Shown: in pieces, positions 34,241 to 46,328 of the stretch
Position numbering within the stretch: the stretch's first letter is position 1
Layout of the letters: the number at the start of each line of letters is the position of its first letter
Source: Felis catus
Lineage: Eukaryota
Length of the DNA: 64,000 bases
Reading direction: 5' to 3'
Assembly (NCBI RefSeq): GCF_018350175.1
Contig: NC_058377.1
Span: 19,158,001 to 19,222,000 of the forward strand
Notes under the pieces: model-generated
What the model saw: the letters and a program-made list of their open reading frames with translations, nothing else
What the model was told of the DNA's origin: nothing
Database searches by the model: none
Translations under genes and position numbers: made by a program

Positions 34241-34689
34241 ATGCTGTTTGGGGGGATAGTAGCCATGGTGGCGGCAGAAGAAATAGTACCAGTGGTTAAG
34301 AGTGGTGTGAACAGTAGGAAGAGGTTTGGAAACCAAGCAAATCTCAGCTCTTTCTAACAGAATGGTAGATTCATACATCTGTACGTAGGAAACTTGACTA
34401 TTGTTTTACAGATGACATTTCTCCAACAATTTCCCTTCATTTCCCTTTAGCATTTAGTAAAACTCTATTTGAAAACTGGAAATGATTCCAACTGTCCCAA
34501 GAGTTGGGAGGAGGAAAGGCAAGGAGGGGAGGCTGTGTTCTCTCTTGGGGCAGAGATTAAAGCCAGAACAGTAAATGCTAGAACTGGGCAGAGTGATGGT
34601 AGCAGGAGCCCAAGGAGAAGATAAAACTGTACCTCCCCAGTTGGCAACTGGCCATCCCAAGCTGTTCAGCAACTCCTCAAGGACTTCAA

Positions 34690-35190
34690 GACAAAACTCA
34701 AACTCTTTTGCACGGTGAGTACAAGCACCTTCACCATCTGGCCTTGTCTAATTTTCGATTCCAACTCTCAGTGTCTTCCAGCCTCTACCTGTTCAGGACA
34801 CAAGGCTGTTTCAGACCTCGGTGTTTGTTCTTGCAGCCTTTTGGGCCTGTGCACATGATGAACACCAAGTCATCTTTTAAGATGTGCTTCCTGTCTTTGA
34901 AGGTTTCTTGAATTTCTCTCTCCTCAATGATACTGGCCATATTTTACTTCGTGTTCCAAATTTTGCATGTTTCTATCATTATCTGAAAAGTTTACTGCAA
35001 TTCTTGTCTCCACTTGTGAAATCCCTTGAGGTCTGAGATTATGAGCCTTACGTGTGTTTGTATTCCTGACAAAATAAGGGGCATAGTTAATGCTTTTTAG
35101 AAGAATGAGGAAAGGAAGGGAGGGACAGATGGATGGATGGATGAATAAATGAATGAAAAATGGGTGAGTGGATGAATCGTAAGTGAGTGA
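34690..35190 (+). mobile_element. L2 3' fragment
   Basis: L2 body ending in a (GGAT/GAAT)n tail. Confidence 0.65.
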
Positions 35191-35339
35191 AGAGATAAAT
35201 GAAGAGAAGCTCTTCAAAGTTCCCTGTAGAGGTGCTGACACAGATTCCTCAGTATTGCTCCCGTCTCCCACTCCAGCTCTTTGCTGCCCAGAACTTAGAA
35301 GTTTCTGAATTTTGTTTCCATGTGTCTGATTCTTCCTTT

Positions 35340-36070
35340 ATTGAGAAGTCAGGATGAGATACAGGTGTGAGGAAAGAGGTGACGTTTGGTTTTTAATCAT
35401 ACTGGTTCTGCGATGCTTAGGAAGACATCCATGTGGAAGTATTATGAAGGTAAATAAGAATATGGGGCAAGTGCTCAGACGAGGGGCCAAGTAGACAGTA
35501 TAGATTGGGAAGTGATGTGAAGCAGTGATGATTAAAGCCAGAGGAAAGGAAGAGACCACTGAGTGTGAGGGAAAAGGGCAGGAGGCAGGAGAGTAAGATA
35601 AAGACCCTGTGGGGAGCATGCTGGAAAACACAGCAGATAGGAAAAGTGAGTCAACAAAAGAACAGGAGGAGTCCTTTTCCTAGAAGCCAGAGATGAGATA
35701 CTCAAAAAGAAGGCAATGGGTAACAATGCCCAATGCCAAGAGAGAGCTGCTAAGAGGCCATGGGGTTGGGCGTTGCCTAGGTGATTATAGAGGAAGCTAA
35801 GTTATGTGGGGTCAACAAGTGAGTAGATGGATGGTGGAAGAGTGAAGGAGCAAATATAGACCCCTCTTGAAATGATCTTTCTTATGAAAGAAAGGAGGAG
35901 AAATAGGACATCTCCATGGGCGAGAAAGGGAGAAACCTGAGCTGGGGAAGACTGGAGGGGATTGAGGCCATGCCATTGTTGGGGATATTAACAGGGCAGG
36001 GCTCCATAGAAAATGGGCGGCGATCAATGGCACAAGCAAGAAGGAAGAGTGGACATGGTCTCTGCAAAGG
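35340..36070 (-). mobile_element. L2 fragment (purine-rich on + strand)
   Basis: Typical reverse L2 purine-rich text (AGAAGCCAGAG..GAGA, AATGCC.AATGCC.AGAGAG). Confidence 0.6.
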
Positions 36071-36954
36071 AACAAGAAGAAGGAGAAAAGGAGTAAAGAC
36101 ATGGAGACCTCCCCCATGGACAATCAGCCCCAGGATCCCCCACATATTCTGAATTCACTCATTCATACTAAAACTCAGATACAGTCTTCAGAAGTGGGGA
36201 ACTCCCTTGTGCAGTCCCAAATTCAGATGAGTTCTCGCGGAAAGGAAAGAGTTACAAAACTATCGAAACTATTGTTCGAAAATATCAAACCAGCATTTTT
36301 GTTCATCAATTCAGATTTAAAATTTAATTTCATGGTACAATGAACCCACACACAGTTATATCTATTAAGGTCACCCACTCCTAGTTCATCAGCTTACTCT
36401 GAGCATTGATGACTGTAAAACTCTTTAGGAGATAAGAATCACTGTTTCATACCTCTCAGTGCTTACAGTTTTAATGTGAGTCCAGAGTCTCTGACTCTGA
36501 AATGCCCAGTGAAGTTTATCCCCTCCCCACCCCCCATTCTCCCCCACTGCTCCTCAATCCATAGTTTTAAGCCAACCAGAAAAAAAAAAAAAAGGAAAAG
36601 AAAAAAATCTGTGATATTCTCAAAGGGTTGAGTCAAGAAGAGGTAGGAGGTGAGGTTTTGACTGTTTCATTGTTTCAAAAGAAGACACTTACAGTTCGTT
36701 TGAATTATTTGCTTAGTTTTTCATTAACAAAGCCATCGATGTGTTCTTTCTGCTACTCAAAATACTCAGGCCAGAATCCAACCAGTTTTTATTGTGTTTC
36801 TGATTATTGTAATACGGGGTGCTTTGTTCGTTCAATTTTTGTCTTCCACACAAAATAAATCTAGAATTTTCCTTTAAGGCAACGTAGTAATTAGGCAATT
36901 TGGATTTAAATCGGTCTGAAAATATATTCACATCCGAGGTTACATGAACATGGA

Positions 36955-37290
36955 CACACACACACACAAGCACACATACAATATTACCTCTCTCTCTTAT
37001 ATATATATAAATATATATATATACAATATATACACATATTTATGTATAATAATATAAATGTATAATATAATGTATATATGTATAATGTGTAATATAATGT
37101 ATAATTGATATTATGTATAATATAAGAATATAAATATATACAAATATGTATATAAATATATACACACATATATACACATATTCTTGTATAGCCACATATA
37201 TGAAATATATATGCATATTTATATATGTGTGCATGGGTATACCTGTGAGACGTGTTTTACATATATCTACATATATATATAATTTATATG
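36955..37290. repeat. (CA)/(TA)-rich low-complexity tract
   Basis: Direct reading. Confidence 0.95.
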
Positions 37291-37769
37291 TGGAAACTTG
37301 TGAAAAAACTGCCTACTCTTATCCTACCTTCTCCAGAAACTATGCCTTCAGTTCAATTGTTGAAAATTCAGCACTTTCAGAGATTTAAACTGGGTTAGCA
37401 ACAAGGCTTAAAGAAGTGGGAGGGGGGGTGTTGCAAAGAACAACCTCAGAAAAGTTATAAAAGCATAATTAGGTGGAACATTGCAGACCTAGAAAGCTGT
37501 TGAGAACTGACTCCCCACCCTACCCAGACTATGTTACACTGTCTAAATTCCCTGGATAATTGGCTTGCTTTCCTCCTCTCTTTCTGCCTTTACCTCAGTA
37601 GGAGTATTCTCTCTCCCTCTTTTTTTTTTTTTTTTTGTATTCATTTGAAAAAACTGCTAAATTCTGATACTTTTGATTATATGTGTAACTTTGAACCCCA
37701 CCTCCCCAATCCTGAATATATATATATTTTTCTCACTGCAGTGAAGATATCACAATGAATATTAAGTAT

Positions 37770-38134
37770 CATTAGCCAAGCACATATTTAACCATTTATT
37801 CAACCAGTGAATGGTGGTTGAGGCATCTTATTATGGAATAATGAGATGGAAACAAGGGCAAATAAGGCCTGTTCCCTGCCCTCAAATAGGACACAATCTA
37901 TTGGAGGAGGTTACTCTGCATATAAATAATTACAACGCCATGAGATAATGCTAATGGAAGTATGTGCATGGAGATGAAGCATGTGATTGCATGAAGATCA
38001 CAGGGGAAGAAACCTTTTAGCAGAATCTGGAAGGAAGAGTAGGAAGGACATGGTGGTCTAGGGGGATAATGGCATCCCGGCTAGTAAGAACGGCATTTGC
38101 CAAGGAGAAGAAACAGGTGATGTTTGGGGAATGA
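37770..38134 (-). mobile_element. L2 3' fragment
   Basis: GTTCCCTGCCCTCAA...ACAATCTATTGGAGGAG; TGGAAGGAAGAGTAGGA. Confidence 0.7.
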
Positions 38135-38313
38135 ACATCCGACTTCAACTCAGGTCATGATCTCCCGTCCGTGAGCTCAAGCTCTGCGTTGGGCTCTGTG
38201 CTGACAGCTTGGAGCCTGGAGCCTGCTTCGGATTCTGTGTCTCCCTCTCTCTGCCCCTCCCCTACTCGCGCTCTGTCTCTGTCTCTCAAAAATGAAGAAA
38301 CATTAAAAAAAAA
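38135..38313 (+). mobile_element. 5'-truncated Can-SINE
   Basis: Starts at CATCCGACTTCAACTCAGGTCATG (head missing); normal tail; no TSD seen. Confidence 0.93.
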
Positions 38314-39175
38314 TGTTTATATGTTACTAAATATGCAAGACGCAAGATTCTAAAATTGCTTCTCTTATCAGGTAGAAATAAGATATAAAATATTGAAGCT
38401 GACCTGTTGCAAAGAAAAGAATTAGGTGTCAGTGAAAAGAGTAGGTGCCTGGGGAAATGTTGGACGCTGGGCTTTGAATTTTTCATTTCCTTGAAAGAAA
38501 TATGTCTTGTTCCAATGGCTGGACAATGCGGTTTAATTTGGCAGATTGCAACGTGGTCATGATAACATGCCACATTTGGAAGACTTTTCATTGCGGCCCA
38601 GAGGGAGGAGCAATCTAAACTGGGGACCTCCACCACACCCCAAAAGGATGAACATATTTTCTTCCTTGGAGGTAGAGACCACAGGAAGGGCAGCTTCCCA
38701 GTTTGGGAAGAAAAATACGATTTCAAGAGCTGAAAACATCAAGTGGTTCTTTCGAACTGTATTTTGATGAGGTAAGTGTAAATGAATGAAAAACATATGG
38801 ATTCCATGTTCCTGAAGATCCATACAGATTTGAAATCAAGGAACAAGGAGTTTGTGGCAAAACATGCTTTAGACTTAATCCAAACATAAGTGTTTGAGAA
38901 ATCACTTGGAATTTTCATGAATCTACATAGAAATTCAGTTCTGCATCTTTCCATTATGTGCTCTGTGAATTTCACTCAGAATCCAGCCCTTCTGGAAATA
39001 CAGCGCCATTTATGGGGGGAAATGGCCTAAACGGGCTTGGGAAAACTTAGTTATTATGTTGGGTACACGGTGACCCCAGGCCAGTCAATAAAATCATCAG
39101 CTCCTAAGACAAGCTCTCTGAGACCATCACAGAACCCCTCGACTACTCCCTACCCCAATACGCAAACATACCCTT

Positions 39176-39600
39176 TGTACTAATCAGATTTTACTAGGTT
39201 GGGCTACAATAACAATCTTAGTTCCCATATCCACAAAGGACTTTTTTCTCATTCTTGTCTCATTCACATTGGCTGTGGGAAAGCTGAGGTTCATGTGCTG
39301 TCTTCGTTTAGGGATAGGAAGGAAAGGCAGGGACATTCAATCTAGGACACTCCATTCTTGAGCCAGAGGGAGAAAAACAATGGTAAAACCACACAGTGGT
39401 TCGTTAAACTTTTGCTTAGATGTGGCATAGATCACTTCAACTCATGGTTCATTGCTCAGCGCACATCACACATCCAAGCTTGATCTTGGTGAAGCATCAA
39501 TACACTTTGTACAGGGATGGGAGGTGTTCGGGGAGATGCCCCAGAGGGAATGGCCCAAGACAGAGGGCCGGCAGAGAATTGGAACAAATAACAGTCTAGA
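39176..39600 (-). mobile_element. Old MaLR LTR (MLT1I/J-like)
   Basis: CTAGGTT.GGCTACAATAACAA; CCAGAGGGAGAAAA; TTAAA.TTTTGCTTAGA.GTGGCA. Confidence 0.7.
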
Positions 39601-39649
39601 GCGTTCATTGTCCTTTAGTATTATTAGAGTTTGAAAGCGTTCACTCATT

Positions 39650-39858
39650 GGGTCACCGGGGTAGCTCAGTCAGTTGAGCATTGGACTTCGGCCTGGGTCA
39701 TGATCTCATGGTTTCTGGGTTGGATCCCCGCATCGGGCTCTGTGCTGACTGTGCGGAGCCTGCCTGAGATTCTCATTCTCTCTCCCTCTCTCTGCCCCTC
39801 CCCCATTTGCTCTCTCTTTCTCTCTCTGTCTCAAAATAAATAAATAAACTGAAAAAAA
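39650..39858 (+). mobile_element. Can-SINE
   Basis: TSD GTTCACTCATT at 39639-39649 and 39859-39869. Confidence 0.95.
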
Positions 39859-41679
39859 GTTCACTCATTTACTTAGCGTCTCATCTGCTTCCCTCAGATT
39901 TGCAAGCTGCATAAGGTCGTATCGTATGTTCATCACGTAGTAGGTGTTGGTACTTAAGAGGTGCCCGATAAATATTTGCTGGATAAACAAATGAAATTTC
40001 TGCTTTTCCTTCTAAGAATTGGGCCTGTTGCTATCTGTTCTTTATAGGAATGCTAAGAAAATCAAATGAGAGAATAGGTCTTCTTTCCATATTCTCAGGG
40101 CACAAGATTGCAGCAATGTTTTGGGACAGATAACGTGAAAGCTTTCCAGACCGGTGAGGAAAAAAAAAAATTGCCCTCCAGAAGGGAGGTTCTTGCATAT
40201 AATTCTCAGACTTCCTTCCAGTTTCCAGCCTGCTCCCCGCTCACCCCATCTACAGGCATCAGTGGGTCTCATTGTCAGCAGGAATTGGTCTGTTCCTGTA
40301 TTTTGTCTCTGGGTGAACTTGTTCCAGGATATCTAGTCACATAGATACGGAGTGCCTTATCAAGACTCTGGGCTTCTCTATTAACGGGATAAGGGTAGTC
40401 TTTGCTTGCAGTCTTTAGATAGCCCAGGGCCAGACAATAACTCATCTGTGCTACTTAAAAATACCTCTATGAGAGCCTCCACCAGGTCAGATGGACAGAA
40501 GCGGCTTGAGAGCCCAGTGAGAACATCTGATCTGTTGCTGGGGACTTAAGAGTTTTTAAAGAAGTGTTTTCAGATAGGACCTCCAAGAGCAACCCATATT
40601 GTGTTCTCCAATTTCCCAGGGAAACAGCGAGTGTTCACATATACATTGTGGGCTAGCCTTGCAAACAGGGAACTGACAGGATCCACCGCGCCATAATCAT
40701 GCTACTTTTTCTGCATTCTGGAGCTTTAAAACCGTGCTCGTTATTAATCACAGCTCAGTTCACTCGACACAAGAAACAATTTGGAAGTTTCAATGTGTCT
40801 GTTATACTTCTGGGTGTTATTATTACAGTTAAACATTTCTCTGTCTCTCCCTCTTGTATGGATACAGATCACACAGACTTGTTTCTCTGGCTTCCAAGTA
40901 CAGACTCTGGAGTTTATCCTTTACTAACCAAGCTATTTGGGGGGTCCTCGCCGTCTTGGAAGCTTTTGGGGGGGGCCTGGGCATTTACCAGTTTCAACCC
41001 ACTCTTACCAGTTCCAGTTACTCTTTGGTGGTTCCTGGGGAGCCTCTGTCTTGGGAGCACAGATTGCTTTTCTCAGAATGCCACTTAATGACCCGTATCT
41101 TATCCCCATATTAAGTGTAGTGCAATCTATGCAGGGACTGTGGTTGTGCCTAGCTGCTTCTCAGTTTCTTCCTTCAATGCACATCCAGAACAACTTGGAG
41201 AAGAATGAGTCTTCTCGTACCTTAGTAGCAGAGTCCGGAACTGTCGACTTCTCGGCCATGCTAGTCGGCTGTAGCACGGGCAGATACCCAATTGCTGCCT
41301 GCCTGGATGAATGACACTACGGGAAGCGAGCTAAGGTTCAGGGGAGAGAGGATACAAACACACACCTCTCTTCCCATGCCTTTCATCCTCCAAGTCAGAG
41401 GAATGCTTTTTGAAACAACACCGTATTGTTCCCCTTGTCCCTTAAGTGCTGGTTTCTTCCAGACCCCCTTCGAGCCCCTTTTCCTTCTATCGATGACCTC
41501 CGGGTAGCCTTAGGATTCACTTTGCCTCTACATCTGATAACCCCAAACGTTTAGCCCACGTTTCTCTTCTCTCCCCAAGCTTTTATATCCGACACATAAC
41601 GGACGTCTTCATCTAGAGGTGCCATAGTGACTTCAAATATCATATGTCCAAAACAACACTGCTTATTACCATTCTCTTC

Positions 41680-41888
41680 TTTAAAAATTTTTTTTCCAGT
41701 GTCTATTTACTTGGGAGAGAGAGGGAGAGAGGCAGGAGCAGAGAGAGAGGGAGACGCAGAATCTGAAGCAGGCTCCAGGCTCCGAGCCGTCAGCCCAGAG
41801 CCCGACGCGGGGCTCGAACCCACGAACCGTGAGATCATGACCTAAGCTGAAGTCGGACACTTAACCGACTGAGCCACCCAGGCGCCCC
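41680..41888 (-). mobile_element. Can-SINE (SINEC_Fc), CpG-rich, inserted in an L2 relic
   Basis: Near-consensus reverse SINE. Confidence 0.96.
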
Positions 41889-42071
41889 TACTGTTATTTT
41901 CAAATCTGCTTTTCTCCCTGTGTGTCCCCCTTAGGGAATTGAGCCTGACCTATTCACTTACCCTGGGCTAGCTTCCTTGTAGCAATAGACTGTGAGCTCA
42001 TCCCCATAAACCTCGGTGATGGAGCCTGAAAGGTAATAGGCTATAAATGTTTGTAGAAAAATGATGGAACA

Positions 42072-42297
42072 GGGACACCCGGGGGGCTCAGTCGGTTAAG
42101 CGTCCGACTTCGGCTCAGGTCATGGTGTTGCAGTTCGTGGGTTCGAGCCCCGCGTCGGGCTCTGTGCTGACAGCTCAGAGCCTGGAGCCTGCTTCGAATC
42201 CTGTGTCTCCCTCTCTCTCTCTGCCCCCTCCACCACTTGCACTCTGTCTCTGTCTCTGTCTCTCTCAAAAATAAATAAACATTAAATTTTTTTTTTT
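42072..42297 (+). mobile_element. Can-SINE (SINEC_Fc)
   Basis: Full body; TSD-like AAATGATGGAA / AAATGGTGGGA. Confidence 0.96.
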
Positions 42298-43101
42298 AAA
42301 TGGTGGGAAAAAGTGAGTATCATCACAGCTCATGATGTGTTCAAGCATGGCCTTGTCAGTTTCAGGAACTTGGAGAAGCCCTGGAGGGGTCTGGACAGGG
42401 ACCTTGATTAGTTCATTCTTCGAGTGGGGGGATCAAGAGGAAGTTTAATCCAGCAGCTGAGACACAAAGTCTGGAAAGCATGGTCCCGACAGGCCTTATT
42501 TCACATGAGTAGTGACCCGGGCCCCCAGACAGCTTCGGGAATACATATAGGCAAGCAGCAGGAGATGGGCAGGGCCCCTCGGAGCCACAGAAAAGACAGA
42601 CAAAAGTCAAGGTCGAGGGACTGAGTTGTTCCCTCAGTAAGGAAGCGCTTGGTTCTTGACTCAGGTATGCTGATGGGGACACTCCTCCCGTGAAATGACG
42701 TAGAGACCCCGTGTACATTTGCTCAGATCTGGGACCAAAGGATCTGCTGTCCATAAAGGAAGCGTGGGGCTGAGGGCCAGAACATGACGCTGGGACTGCT
42801 TTAATTCCTCCTGTGCTGGTCAGGCTTCCCCTTGAGCCTGAGGAGGGACAGAGCGAGGCACTCAGTGGGATGCTAGCACCGAGGGGCAGAGATGTTGCTG
42901 CCAATTAGGCAGACCTAAAAAATCCTAAAAGTCTGCTCGGGTCCTATTTAGAGCCTTAGTCTAAACTCAGTTATTAAAGTTGATCTAGAAACTGAGCGAA
43001 GGGTACAGGTGTATGTGCAACTTTTTTGTAAATCTAAAATCATTCCCAAATGAAGTGTTTATTGAAAAAGCATTTAATAAAAATCATCAATCCCCTATTT
43101 G

Positions 43102-43305
43102 TTCCTTTTTAAATGTTTATTCATTTTTGAGAGAGAGAGAGAGGGTGGGGAGGGGCAGAGAGAAAGGGAGACACAGAATCAGAAGCAGGCTCCCGGCTCT
43201 GAGCTGTCAGCACAGAGCCCGACGCGGGGCTGGAACTCACAAACCGTGAGATCGTGACCTGAGCCAAAGTCGGATGCTTAACAAACTGAGCCACCCAGGT
43301 GCCCC
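43102..43305 (-). mobile_element. Can-SINE (SINEC_Fc)
   Basis: TSD TC(A/G)ATCCCCTATTTG at 43087-43101 and 43306-43320. Confidence 0.96.
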
Positions 43306-44744
43306 TCGATCCCCTATTTGGAACCTAACTAGGTTTGGAAAACTGAATTAAAATGAAGCATCTGGGAGTCTGCCGCAGAGCCAAGTCAAATAGGTGGGGG
43401 ATTTTTTTCTTCCTGGTGGCAGAAACTTCCAGGCTAGCTAGATTTAGCCGTAGAGGATAGAAGGACATTTACTGAGAAGACAACTTCTTATTTTATTTCT
43501 TACCATCTGGCCCTACTACCAGGACGGGGGTCAGAGGTGGCGATGAGCTCTGGAGGGAAGTACAGGGGGCAAGGGAGCCTGGCTGCTTCTTCCCCTTTCA
43601 AACTCATCAACTCCTGCCTGTCCTCAGATGACCCAGGGAGGCTTGCTTCTCGAAGCTGCCAGTTAACAAGCAAGGTTGCCAACGGAAGTCAGTTGCTCTC
43701 TTCTGATGCTGGAACTTACAACCTGTCATTTGTTGTCCTTTGTTGTCCGCAGAACAGAGAACACAGCCAAGCCAGCAGGCAGGGGGAGTCTGTTGGGGGA
43801 GCCCAGACCTCATTGGAATGATGCAATTTATTCACACATATCAAGGAAGAGCAATAAATCCCTGCCGCCGTGACCCTTTCTCTGTCTCCCAGTGGTCGGG
43901 AAACAATTACGATGAGTGTGGGCTGGAAAGAAGCTAACACGGTGATGATTTTGCCTTAGATGTAAACATAGGACGAAGAACGGACACAATGGTCACAGTG
44001 CAGGCATATTCACTAGCCTGCGTGTTGAACAGCATCCTTAATGCGACACACCCTGACCTGTCTGAGAGCCAAAGCTCCCAAATAGATCGGCAAGGAGAAG
44101 TGGGCGGACTCATTGATTGAGAGGCTTTCCAACAGCCTGAGAGAAAGAACACTCAAGAAGGAGAGAGGGAAATCTTGAAAGCGGAGACCCAGGAAAACCA
44201 GGTACACATGAGAAATCCCTCCGGAGCGTTATTTTATCAGTGCAGATGTGAATGATGGACAAATAATCCGTGAGCTCGGCAAGAAAAATCGAAATTATTT
44301 CTACCAGGGCCGGCTTGCAGCTAGAAAGCGAAAGCATGCATTGGCCAGGAATGTTCGCGTGCACCTGTTCAAGCAGCTTCCAGACTCACCTCCTTCTTCT
44401 CACTCCGTTTCTGCCGGCTTACCTTGGATTGGGCAGGGACCAGAAATTCCAGGTGGGGAGGCTGTTCAGGTAGAATCAGCTGAGGAAAGAGTCTGGAGAC
44501 CCGCCGGGGCCGAAAGATACATCGTTGTCTGGGGAGCCCCGGGGAGTTCGCTGACTCGAGAGGAAGGTCGTACTTACAGAGAAGAGGCATTAAAGGGGCC
44601 CAGGTTTACCAAGGCACTGAAGAGGGACCCATGAGAAGCAGATTCTCTGCAGGGAGAGGAGAAAGTATTAGGGCAGAACGGGCCTCAGAGACACATAACT
44701 AATTCCCAAAGCAAGTGTGGAATAGTAGGAGTGCCCCAGCTCAA

Positions 44745-44920
44745 GAAGAATGACCTGGGATCAGGTGGAAACATTCCTGTGTGTACCGTCCTATGGTCCT
44801 GGGTAAACCCCAGGCAGCTTCCTCAGATATGAAAAGGGAACCTGCCTTTTCTATCTTCAATGAGTGTTATGAGAACCAGTTACAAGGACACTTAAAAGTC
44901 TTTTAAGCAAATGCAAATTG
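44745..44920 (+). mobile_element. MIR SINE (degenerate)
   Basis: GACCTGGG head; GCTTCCTCAGATATGAAAAGGG core; GTGTTATGAGAA. Confidence 0.55.
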
Positions 44921-45495
44921 TGATTGAAATTGTAGATCAGATAAGACACCTCTGACCTTGAAAGGACCAATTGGATCTGTTTCCTCCCACACTTGCCTCA
45001 CCTTTTGTGAGGCTAAGTGCGGGTTTTATTTTATTTGTATTACTTACATACAAAGATCTTCTTTTCCCCCTTTTAAGTCACACACATTACAGAGAGGCGC
45101 TATTTTTGATGACTAGTTAGGCTGTTAGGATATTGTATTTACGGTGAAATCCCTACTGATGTTTCTCTATTGATTTCTTTTCCCACATCCATCACAATTG
45201 CTTTAAAATACCTACAAATTGACCAAAACTCCCTGCTCAACAGTTCTCCTTACCCATAATTCATTTCTTTCAGTATCTTGAGATAATCAATGAAGGATTA
45301 TCTATGTATCTACATATCTTTGTGTGTTCACATACACACACACAGCACCTACCTCCATGGAATACTGGGCCTTCTGGAAATACTGCACCATGGATTCTCT
45401 TGACTTCCCTTCACACAAGGAATAGATATTTCCCCCATTTTATGGACGGAAAACAGAGGCCCAGTCACTCATGGGGTGAAGATTATAACTGATTA

Positions 45496-45720
45496 GGGGC
45501 GCCTGGGTGGCGCAGTCGGTTAAGCGTCCGACTTCAGCCAGGTCACGATCTCGCGGTCCGTGAGTTCGAGCCCTGCGTCAGGCTCTGTGCTGACAGCTCG
45601 GAGCCTGGAGCCTGTTTCAGATTCTGTGTCTCCCTCTCTCTGACCCTCCCCCATTCGTGCTCTGTCTCTCTCTGTCTCAAAAATAAATAAACGTTAAAAA
45701 ATATATATTAGAAAAAAAAA
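45496..45720 (+). mobile_element. Young Can-SINE (SINEC_Fc)
   Basis: 18-bp perfect TSD GAAGATTATAACTGATTA at 45478-45495 and 45721-45738. Confidence 0.97.
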
Positions 45721-46172
45721 GAAGATTATAACTGATTAGATCCTACCTGTCTGCAAACCCCAGTCCTCTTATATCCTATACCAGAGTCTTTCTCAGTCAT
45801 CCCAGATGGAGGAATTGACCATGGCTCCTTTTAATCTTTATTTTACTCTCTGTGCAAAGCCACAATCCCTGTTGGGGCTGGGATGGCTTACGCCGGGGTC
45901 TGGGGGGATGGAAGGAGCCAAGACAAGGGTCTTAATCCACCACACATCTACCCCAAACGCCTCTGGTAACACTTTCCCAGTTGGTCTGTGTATCTGGAAA
46001 ATTGATGCTGTGCCGGCTGGGTCTCGAGTGCCCCCTCATTGGAGCCTGCGGTTACCCCACCAGTTGCTCAGAAAGCATGGAGCACTTGGCTATGTTATCA
46101 TACACCTTCGAGGCATAGCATATGAATCTTAAGGTGCTGGGCCAGAAGAATAGATTTTAAGAGCTCAGGGGA

Positions 46173-46328
46173 NNNNNNNNNNNNNNNNNNNNNNNNNNNN
46201 NNNNNNNNNNNNNNNNNNNNNNNNNNNNNNNNNNNNNNNNNNNNNNNNNNNNNNNNNNNNNNNNNNNNNNNNNNNNNNNNNNNNNNNNNNNNNNNNNNNN
46301 NNNNNNNNNNNNNNNNNNNNNNNNNNNN
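46173..46328. other. Assembly gap (156 N)
   Basis: N run. Confidence 0.99.

Noticed and set aside
44248-44634. 128-aa plus-strand ORF in the CpG-rich patch
   Set aside because: No recognisable homology; this length is expected by chance in GC-richer sequence.
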